64,000 nucleotides of DNA from contig CAYSCW010000002.1 in NCBI GenBank assembly GCA_964429795.1, positions 23,431 to 87,430 of the forward strand, written 5' to 3'. The DNA comes from an uncultured Eubacteriales bacterium. Lineage in GTDB: Bacteria > Acidobacteriota > Aminicenantia > Aminicenantales > Aminicenantaceae. The notes beneath the pieces are model-generated. The model saw nothing but the letters and a program-made list of their open reading frames with translations. It made no database searches and was not told the origin of the DNA. The position numbers were made by a program, and so were the translations under genes. Every line of letters begins with the position of its first letter. Within the stretch, counting starts at the first letter, position 1. Of this stretch, positions 8,383 to 15,928 are shown piece after piece.

Positions 8383-9438
8383 ATGTCTAACAAAAAAAGG
8401 GTTGCAGTGGTCACTTCAGATGTCCCTTTCGTTAAAGGGGGACATATCACCATCGCTCAAAGCACCGTCAGGGCTCTCAGAGCTTGGGGCTATGAGGCCG
8501 ATTTGATCCTCACTCCTCAAAACAGGTTTGGTCATCAGCTCAGGGCTTATATGGCCACACGGTTGACCGATGTGGGTGAGGATGGTCTTGGTCGTAAGAT
8601 TCACCAAGTCATTTCTTTTCGTTATCCCAGTTATGCTGTCAAGCATTCCTGTCATGTCTGCTGGCTTAACCATCGGATGCGGGAATATTATGATCTTTGG
8701 GAGAGTTTTTCCTCTCAACTGGGCTTTCGAGCAAAGCTCAAGGAAGGCTTGAGAAGAAGAATCATTCATCTTCTGGATACACAGCTCCTGAAACACAATG
8801 TTACCAAGCTTTTCGCCCAATCGAAAACAATTCAAGAGAGGCTGAAACTTTGGGGAAGTATTCCGTCTGAATTACTCTACCCCCCTCCCCCTCAAAGAGA
8901 TTATCGCACCGAATCCTACCAAGACTTCATTCTCTCTGTTTCTCGACTCCAAAGGTTGAAGCGATTGGACCTTCTCCTGGATGCCTTAGCGCTCATGAAA
9001 AATAGAGATTTTAAGGCGGTTATCATCGGAGAAGGGCCAGAAGAGAAGAATTTAGGTTTAAAAATAAAAGATAAGCAGCTTGAAAACAGGGTATTGCTCC
9101 TGGGGAAAGCAGATGAGAAAATTCTTATTGAATACTATTCTCGTTGTTTAGCCGTGTTTTTTGCTCCGCTCAGGGAAGACTACGGCTTGGTGACCGCGGA
9201 AGCATTTGCTTCCAGAAAGTGCGTGGTGACCGCCTTGGATAGCGGAGGGCCAGCAGAACTGGTCATAGACGGTGAAAGAGGATATGTCTGCCCAGCTCGT
9301 CCTGAACGGATTGCTGAAAAATTGGATGAGCTGGCTGAAAATAGGGCTCTGGCAGAAAACATGGGTGAGAAGGCCTATACATTTATCTCCCACTTGACCT
9401 GGGAAAAAGCAGTGGAGAAACTTATCGTATGTGAGTAA
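8383..9438 (+). CDS. Glycosyltransferase family 4 (GT-B, Glycos_transf_1 type)
   Basis: C-terminal GT4 signature: FFAPLREDYGLVTAEAFASRKCVVTALDSGGPAELVIDGERGYVC with the EX7E-like acidic pair. The N-terminal GT-B half starts RVAVVTSD...GG. Confidence 0.85.
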   Translation: MSNKKRVAVVTSDVPFVKGGHITIAQSTVRALRAWGYEADLILTPQNRFGHQLRAYMATRLTDVGEDGLGRKIHQVISFRYPSYAVKHSCHVCWLNHRMREYYDLWESFSSQLGFRAKLKEGLRRRIIHLLDTQLLKHNVTKLFAQSKTIQERLKLWGSIPSELLYPPPPQRDYRTESYQDFILSVSRLQRLKRLDLLLDALALMKNRDFKAVIIGEGPEEKNLGLKIKDKQLENRVLLLGKADEKILIEYYSRCLAVFFAPLREDYGLVTAEAFASRKCVVTALDSGGPAELVIDGERGYVCPARPERIAEKLDELAENRALAENMGEKAYTFISHLTWEKAVEKLIVCE

Positions 9439-9509
9439 TTCACTGGATGCTTGTGGAAGCTGAGCTTTGAAAGAGATCGTTTCTAAATCTAAAATAAGGT
9501 AAAGGAGAA

Positions 9510-11414
9510 ATGAACGAGCACAAACCTTATGTTCCAGATGAAATCCCATTCAAGGATATCACCCTCAAAGCCGTTGTGATCGGAGCCATTTTTGGCGTGA
9601 TCTTTGGTTCAGCCAATGCTTATCTGGGCCTCAGAGTAGGATTGACCATTTCCACGGCCATCCCTCTGGCCGTTATCGCTGTTGCTGTGTTTAGAATCCT
9701 CACTCCTGTTTTAGGAAAAAGCAACATCCTGGATTGCAACATAGCCCAGACAACTGGCTCGGCAAGCTCCTCCCTGGCATCGGGTATCATTTTCACCATT
9801 CCTGCCCTTTTCCTCTGGGGATTCAGCCCAAGTGTATTCAAGATAGGTACCCTGGCGCTTCTTGGAGGTGTGTTGGGAGTTCTGTTCATGATTCCTTTGA
9901 GGAGGTCTTTAATTGTCAAGGAGCATGGAGTCCTCCCCTACCCTGAAGGCACCGCTGCTGCTCATGTTCTGGTGGCAGCTGATACAGGCGGGACTAAGGC
10001 CAAAAACGTCTTCCTCGGATTAGGAGTGGGAGCTATCTTCAAGAGTTTGGTGGGTTTTTTTCACCTTTGGTCGGAGAAGATCTACCTCAAGATTCCTGTA
10101 CTCAAAAAGGCCACGCTTGGAATGGAACCTACTCCAGCCCTTCTTGGGGTGGGCTTTATCCTGGGACCCCGCATCGCCGGTATCATGGTTGCTGGTGGAA
10201 TGCTCTCCTGGTTGGGAATCATTCCTCTTATCGCCTATTTTGGGGAAAGTCTCAATCTTCCCCTGTTTCCTGAGAAAGAGCTGGCTATAGTCCAGATGTC
10301 TGCCGAGCAGATCTGGGATAAATACATCCGGGTCATTGGAGCCGGGGCCGTGGCTGTGGCAGGAATCATCACAGTCATCAAATCTTTGCCCACCATGTAT
10401 AACTCTCTTAAAACAAGCATAAAGGACATAAACATAAAAAGGGCAGGCATGCAGATGAAGACACAGAGGACACAGACGGATCTTCCCATCACTATTTTAG
10501 GCTTGGGAGTTTTGATAGTAATAATCATCCTGGTTTTAGCCCCTCAAGTCCTCGGTATCCAGACTTCGCTTATCATCCGGTTCATCGCCTCTCTGTGTAT
10601 CGTCTTTTTTGCCTTTTGCTTTGTGACTGTCTCTTCAAGAATTGTGGGTATGGTCGGAGTGACTTCTAATCCGACTTCAGGGATGGCTATCGTCACCCTT
10701 CTGGGCACAAGCCTTCTGTTTTATGCTCTGGGATGGACGGATATTCTGGGTCAGGCCACCGCTGTAACCATAGGCACTGTTGTGGCCGTAGGAGCATCCG
10801 TCGCCGGGGATATCTCTCAAGATCTCAAGGCTGGTTATATCATCGGAGCCACACCAAGGAGACAGCAAACATCGGAATTGATTGGAGTCCTGACTTCAGC
10901 GTTCGCCATTGCCGCGGCCGTCTGGCTGCTGGGAAGATCCTTTTCCTTTGGTTCTGTTGAGTTGCCTGCTCCTCAAGCTGTGCTGATGAAGACTGTGGTT
11001 GAAGGTGTACTAGGAGGCGATCTTCCTTGGGGGCTGGTGTTAATAGGAGGGGCTTTTGCCGTAGTAGCCGAACTTCTCCGCATCCCTTCCCTGCCCTTTG
11101 CTGTGGGTATTTATCTGCCTTTATCAACCATGACACCCATCTTCGTGGGGGGACTAGTCAGACAGATTATCGAAAACAGAGCTGGAAAAGACGAGCAGCT
11201 TCGAACCCACAAGAAAGAGAAAGGGATCCTTTTGGGTTCAGGATTCATCGCTGGAGAAGGGATCGCGGGCGTTTTGATTGCCCTGTATGCATTCATTGCC
11301 AAAGCCAAGCCAAAAGGAATTGGAATTGTCTGGCCGGGCGATCTCGGAGATTTCATAGCCTTGGCTGCGTTTCTGCTCTTGGTTGTCTATCTAGTCAGAA
11401 GGACCTCAAGATGA
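9510..11414 (+). CDS. OPT-family oligopeptide transporter (paralog 1)
   Basis: 634 aa, polytopic. The N-terminus (IPFKDITLKAVVIGAIFGVIFGSANAYLGLRVGLTISTAIP) matches the bacterial OPT superfamily. It is paralogous to 24023..26023. Confidence 0.88.
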   Translation: MNEHKPYVPDEIPFKDITLKAVVIGAIFGVIFGSANAYLGLRVGLTISTAIPLAVIAVAVFRILTPVLGKSNILDCNIAQTTGSASSSLASGIIFTIPALFLWGFSPSVFKIGTLALLGGVLGVLFMIPLRRSLIVKEHGVLPYPEGTAAAHVLVAADTGGTKAKNVFLGLGVGAIFKSLVGFFHLWSEKIYLKIPVLKKATLGMEPTPALLGVGFILGPRIAGIMVAGGMLSWLGIIPLIAYFGESLNLPLFPEKELAIVQMSAEQIWDKYIRVIGAGAVAVAGIITVIKSLPTMYNSLKTSIKDINIKRAGMQMKTQRTQTDLPITILGLGVLIVIIILVLAPQVLGIQTSLIIRFIASLCIVFFAFCFVTVSSRIVGMVGVTSNPTSGMAIVTLLGTSLLFYALGWTDILGQATAVTIGTVVAVGASVAGDISQDLKAGYIIGATPRRQQTSELIGVLTSAFAIAAAVWLLGRSFSFGSVELPAPQAVLMKTVVEGVLGGDLPWGLVLIGGAFAVVAELLRIPSLPFAVGIYLPLSTMTPIFVGGLVRQIIENRAGKDEQLRTHKKEKGILLGSGFIAGEGIAGVLIALYAFIAKAKPKGIGIVWPGDLGDFIALAAFLLLVVYLVRRTSR

Positions 11415-11475
11415 ATCCATCCGCTAGCTTTCTCGGATTTGGCTTGAGCAAGTATCTCCATTTCCGCGATAAACA

Positions 11476-13128
11476 ATGAACGCACTCATCATCGCTGCTA
11501 TCCTCATTGTCTGGCTCGTTCTGGGCTACAAGGTATACGGAAGTTTTATCGAAAAAAAAGTCGTGAAGATGGACAACTCCCGTCTAACTCCAGCCAAACA
11601 ATTCTTCGATGGTATAGACTACTCGCCGGCAAAGAAACCTCTTCTCTTTGGCCATCATTTCTCTTCCATTGCGGGAGCAGGGCCTATCCTGGGTCCGCTT
11701 CTGGGAGTTCTCTACTTTGGCTGGCTAGGAACGCTTCTATGGGTAGCTTTAGGCAGTATCTTCCTGGGAGCGGTGCATGATTATACTTCGCTCATGACAT
11801 CTGTTCAGAACAAGGGAACATCTTTAGCCGATATTTCAGAGCGAACCCTGGGTTTGAGGACAAAGATTATTTTCTCTATTTTTATCTGGCTGACTTTGGC
11901 TATGGTGATTGCTGTTTTTGCCGTGGTGGCTGCGCAAACCCTTGTTTCTCAGCCTGAGATTGTAATACCCACCTTTGGTCTGATTTTCATCGCCATGATC
12001 TTCGGTTGGCTCATCTATAGGATAGGAATCAATGTTCCAATCGCCACTATTCTTGCCCTCTCCTTGCTCTCTATTCTTATTTACCTTGGACAGTTGTGTC
12101 CTATCCTGCCTCCAGCACAATTACTGGGGCTTTCTGCTCAGAGCTTTTGGTTTTATATTCTCATCATCTACAGTCTCTTCGCCTCTGCGCTTCCAGTCTG
12201 GTTCCTTCTTCAACCGCGTGATTATATCAGTACCTGGATTCTCTTCTTAGGCTTGGGACTGGGTTATCTGGGTCTCGTGATTTCTCATCCCTCCATCAAT
12301 GCTCCCGCTTTTGTCTCTTTCTCCAGCACAGGAGGTCCGCTCTGGCCCATCCTGTTCGTGATCGTTGCCTGCGGCGCCATCTCTGGTTTTCATTCCGTGG
12401 TGGCAGGAGGAACAACTGCCAAGCAGTTGCCCGATGAGGCCAGCGGCAAGTTGATCGGATTTGGGGGCATGGTGACAGAGGCAGCCTTGGCAGGCCTGGT
12501 GATATTCATTGCTTCAAGCGCCTTGGTTTGGGATCCCAAAGGAGCAGAAAGCCCGTTTGGTTTTCAATACCTGATGACCTCCCTCGGTGATCCCATCCGT
12601 GCTTTTGCCACTGGATATGGAAGATTTATTTCCTCGCTTCCCGGTCTCACTCTCGCCATAGGGCTTTTCTTTGGCATGGTGATGCTCAATGCCTTTGTTC
12701 TGACTACACTGGACACAGGTACCAGATTAGGGCGGTTCATTTTTTCAGAGCTTCTCAGCCACAAGGTTCCTTTTTTCAAGAACAGATGGATCAGCTCAGC
12801 TGTGATCCTCATTTTTGCTGCGGTGCTGGGAGGAACCGAAGGATACAAAGCGATCTGGCCAGTTTTTGGAGCATCAAACCAACTTGTGGCTGCCCTGGCT
12901 TTGATCGTGGTGTCCTCTTATATTGTGGGGATAAAAAGTCCCAAAAAGTACACAGTTTACCCGGCTATTTTTATGCTGGTTACAACCATAGCGGCTCTGC
13001 TCTACCAAGGATTTCATTTCTTTCAGGCGAAAAGCTATCTTCTGGGAAGTATGGCCGTTGTACTAGTGGCACTTGCTGCGGTCATTGTCTATGATGCCCG
13101 GGCAATTCTTTTTAAGGCTGATAACTAA
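11476..13128 (+). CDS. cstA: Carbon starvation protein A family peptide transporter
   Basis: HHFSSIAGAGPILGPLLGVLYFGWLGTLLWV, the CstA signature. 550 aa, polytopic. Confidence 0.9.
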   Translation: MNALIIAAILIVWLVLGYKVYGSFIEKKVVKMDNSRLTPAKQFFDGIDYSPAKKPLLFGHHFSSIAGAGPILGPLLGVLYFGWLGTLLWVALGSIFLGAVHDYTSLMTSVQNKGTSLADISERTLGLRTKIIFSIFIWLTLAMVIAVFAVVAAQTLVSQPEIVIPTFGLIFIAMIFGWLIYRIGINVPIATILALSLLSILIYLGQLCPILPPAQLLGLSAQSFWFYILIIYSLFASALPVWFLLQPRDYISTWILFLGLGLGYLGLVISHPSINAPAFVSFSSTGGPLWPILFVIVACGAISGFHSVVAGGTTAKQLPDEASGKLIGFGGMVTEAALAGLVIFIASSALVWDPKGAESPFGFQYLMTSLGDPIRAFATGYGRFISSLPGLTLAIGLFFGMVMLNAFVLTTLDTGTRLGRFIFSELLSHKVPFFKNRWISSAVILIFAAVLGGTEGYKAIWPVFGASNQLVAALALIVVSSYIVGIKSPKKYTVYPAIFMLVTTIAALLYQGFHFFQAKSYLLGSMAVVLVALAAVIVYDARAILFKADN

Positions 13129-13224
13129 AAGTAAACTGGTAATCTTGGATATCTAAGAAGATAGCTTACTCTGTAAGTAGTCTCCGAAGATTTCACATTT
13201 GAAAGGACAGGGATTGAGATATTC

Positions 13225-13503
13225 CTATTCAGGAAGTGGAGTCACTCTGAAGATGACTCCTTTGGGATCAGGGCAGCAGAGGGTTTCTGTCTCAGCAATC
13301 CAGTCATCGTGGGGAAGCTCATCTTCTCTCTGCTTCGCGGTTAAAAAAGGAAAAAGGCTGTTCAATGCATAGAGGCAGACTTTCTTTCCGTCAGGTATTT
13401 CGATGGTTCCTTCTCCCCTGATATAAAAGGTGTCGCCGACCCTGTGTTTGGCTCCACAGCGCTTTTTGATCCCCATCACTTCTACCTTTAATTCTCTCAT
13501 TTT
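13225..13503 (-). CDS. TIGR04076-like small Cys-rich protein
   Basis: MRELKVEVMGIKKRCGAKHRVGDTFYIRGEGTIEIPDGKKVCLYALNSLFPFL...DDW...CCPDPKGVIFRV matches the C..KH.VGD.F / C..AL / CCPDP / V.F pattern recalled for TIGR04076. The start was moved to the ATG at 13503, preceded by AAAGGAG. The track ORF starts further upstream. Confidence 0.55.
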   Translation of the reverse strand, partial: KMRELKVEVMGIKKRCGAKHRVGDTFYIRGEGTIEIPDGKKVCLYALNSLFPFLTAKQREDELPHDDWIAETETLCCPDPKGVIFRVTPLPE

Positions 13504-13604
13504 TTCTCCTTTCCCTACACAAAAAATATATAGGTCATAGAAGAAAAAATCAAGGAAGCAGAAAAGCATTTTCTTTTCCTAAATTGATAAAGTCCATAAA
13601 CACG

Positions 13605-13634
13605 TTGACAAAGCTCGAAAGATTATCATAAAAT
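13605..13634 (+). promoter_or_regulatory. Sigma70-like promoter upstream of exbD (TTGACA - 18 nt - TAAAAT)
   Basis: TTGACA at 13605-13610 and TAAAAT at 13629-13634. RBS AAAGGAGGA at 13657-13665. ATG at 13670. Confidence 0.4.
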
Positions 13635-13669
13635 TAATTTCCGAGTAATGGAGAGAAAAGGAGGATCAA

Positions 13670-14065
13670 ATGCCGACAAAGGCTGAACCCAATGTTGTTC
13701 CTCTGTGCGATGTCCTGTTGGTTTTGCTCATCATTTTTATGGTGATCACACCCATGATTCAGAAAGGAATCGATGTCAAACTTCCTGAAACCACAACGGA
13801 CACAAGTGCTACCCCTTCAGGGCTAATTGTCTTGACACTAAAAAAAGATATGAGTGTACTCATCAACACAGAAGAAATTGAATTAAGCATGCTTCAAGAT
13901 CGTCTCAAAAACATCTATTCCACCCGCCAAGATAAAACCATATTCATCAGAGCCGATGCCAAGCTCCCCTACAGCCGGGTGATTGAATTGATAGACATTG
14001 CCAAGGGTGCGGGAGTTGAAATACTGGGAATCATCCCCGAGTATTTCACTGAAGAGGAAATGTAA
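13670..14065 (+). CDS. ExbD/TolR-family biopolymer transport protein (no ExbB/TolQ or TonB partner in the window)
   Basis: 131 aa. Short cytoplasmic N-terminus, TM helix PLCDVLLVLLIIFMVITPMI, then a periplasmic domain IFIRADAKLPYSRVIELIDIAKGAG typical of ExbD. Confidence 0.85.
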   Translation: MPTKAEPNVVPLCDVLLVLLIIFMVITPMIQKGIDVKLPETTTDTSATPSGLIVLTLKKDMSVLINTEEIELSMLQDRLKNIYSTRQDKTIFIRADAKLPYSRVIELIDIAKGAGVEILGIIPEYFTEEEM

Positions 14066-14107
14066 AACCTCAACCAATCCTCTTCCTCCTTTCCGGAGTA
14101 ACCACGA

Positions 14108-14587
14108 GTGAAAAACACTCTTTTCCCCTTAATTCTGATTTTCCTCCTTATGATGCTTTCCATCTATGGTGGAAACGACTTATTCGGTCCCGTGACCAAG
14201 GATAATATTCTGGAGAGCTTTCCCGAATGGCGGGAAGTCATGTCTTCTTACGCTCCCCAAGAAGAAGCCATAGAGAAATTAAAGGCCATAGATTTTGCAG
14301 TCGAGATTGAAATTATACTGGGTACCTGGTGTCCTGACAGCAAGGAACATGTCAGTGCCTATTTCAAAATCATTGAATTAGCGGAAAATCCCCTTATTGT
14401 TTCTTCTTATATCGGCATTCCCAAGGAAAAAGAAGAACGGGAACCCTATGTCCAGGGTAAGGACATCCAGAGAGTTCCAACTTTTATCGTCTCCCTGAAC
14501 GATGAAGAAATTGGGAGAATCATAGAACATCCAGAAAAATCTGTTGAAGAAGATTTGGTGGACATAATAGAAAGCAAAATATATTAA
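14108..14587 (+). CDS. Thioredoxin-fold membrane-anchored protein with CXXS motif (WCPDS)
   Basis: GTG start. N-terminal TM/signal LFPLILIFLLMMLSIYG. GTWCPDSKEHV and RVPTFIV are thioredoxin-fold landmarks with a single active-site Cys. Confidence 0.65.
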   Translation: MKNTLFPLILIFLLMMLSIYGGNDLFGPVTKDNILESFPEWREVMSSYAPQEEAIEKLKAIDFAVEIEIILGTWCPDSKEHVSAYFKIIELAENPLIVSSYIGIPKEKEEREPYVQGKDIQRVPTFIVSLNDEEIGRIIEHPEKSVEEDLVDIIESKIY

Positions 14588-14700
14588 TCCCCTACTCAAG
14601 GTCCAATTTTAGAATCCCTGACTTTCTGTTTGAAGCTTTGTTTCTATCAACCTATCGCTCCTTTCGGTATATCAACACTGTGAATTCTGTCCTGATTGAC

Positions 14701-15852
14701 TCACTTTTTTATGGGACCGATGATCTCTCTGGAGATGATGAGGCATTGGATTTCGTTTGTTCCTTCATATATCTGAAGGAGCTTGGCATCTCTCATCAAT
14801 TTTTCCATGGGATAGTCTTTCATGTAGCCATAGCCGCCAAATATCTGAAGGGCCTCTGTGGTCACTCTCATGGCCACATCGGACCCGAAGCATTTGGCCA
14901 TAGCTGATTCTTTGTTGCAGGGCTTCTCCTGATCCAAGAGCCAAGCCGCATGCCAGACGAGATGGCGGGCTGCGTTGATTTCTGTGGCCATCTGGGCGAT
15001 CTTGAAGGCGATGTGTTGGAAAAGGGCAATCGGTCTTCCAAACTGAATCCTTGTCTTGGCGTAATCGATTGCGTATTCCAAGGCAGTTCTGGCCACACCC
15101 ACTCCAGCAGCTCCCACAGGGGCTCGCGTTCTTTCCAGAGTTTTCATGGCAATGATGAATCCCATTCCTTCTCTGGCCAGGAGATTTTGGGCAGGGACCT
15201 TGACATCATCGAAAAAGACCTCGGCTGTGTTGGAAGCTCGATGGCCCATCTTGTCTTCGATTTTTCCTATGGTTAGTCCAGGCGTCTTGCGAGGTACGAT
15301 TAAGGCGCTGATTCCTCTTGCCCCCTTTTCAGGATGGGTAAGAGCAAAAACAACATAAAAACTGGCGATCGTGCCGTTGGAAGTGAAACATTTGGAGCCG
15401 TTGATGACATATTCGTCACCGACTTTTGTTGCCTTAGTCTTAATGGCACCAGCATCAGAGCCTGCCTCTCTTTCCGTCAGACAGAATGAGGCGAAGGACA
15501 TCTTTTCGGTTTGAGGGGTAAGAAAGGTCTTCTTCTGTTCATCTGTTCCAAAGAGGATTATAGGAGTGTAGGCCAAAGCGTTGACCATCATGGTGGTGTA
15601 CATTCCTGCACAACCGGCAGCCAGCTCCTCGCTAATGATTATGGTGTCCAAGTCACTCAGTCCTCCTCCCCCATACTCTTGGGGTATGGTGCAAGTCAGA
15701 AATCCTGCTTGAAAAGCCTTTTGCATCACATCTTCAGGAAATTCCTCTCCCTTGTCATATTTTGCGGCATTGGGCTTTATTTCCTTCTGGGCGAATTCTC
15801 TCGCCATTTCTTGGAGGGCCTTTTGTTCCTCTGTTAAACTAAAATCGATCAA
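14701..15852 (-). CDS. Acyl-CoA dehydrogenase
   Basis: 383 aa. MIDFSLTEEQKALQEMAREFAQKEI...GSKCFTSNG...QIFGGYGYMKDYPMEKLMRDAKLLQIYEGTNEIQ, an ACAD-family signature with the catalytic Glu near the C-terminus. Confidence 0.9.
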   Translation of the reverse strand: MIDFSLTEEQKALQEMAREFAQKEIKPNAAKYDKGEEFPEDVMQKAFQAGFLTCTIPQEYGGGGLSDLDTIIISEELAAGCAGMYTTMMVNALAYTPIILFGTDEQKKTFLTPQTEKMSFASFCLTEREAGSDAGAIKTKATKVGDEYVINGSKCFTSNGTIASFYVVFALTHPEKGARGISALIVPRKTPGLTIGKIEDKMGHRASNTAEVFFDDVKVPAQNLLAREGMGFIIAMKTLERTRAPVGAAGVGVARTALEYAIDYAKTRIQFGRPIALFQHIAFKIAQMATEINAARHLVWHAAWLLDQEKPCNKESAMAKCFGSDVAMRVTTEALQIFGGYGYMKDYPMEKLMRDAKLLQIYEGTNEIQCLIISREIIGPIKK

Positions 15853-15928
15853 TCTTTCCTCCTTCTTGGTTTATTCAGGTTTTCGCTTCTATTGAACGCA
15901 AGTTTTATACTGAAATCTTATTTCAATG

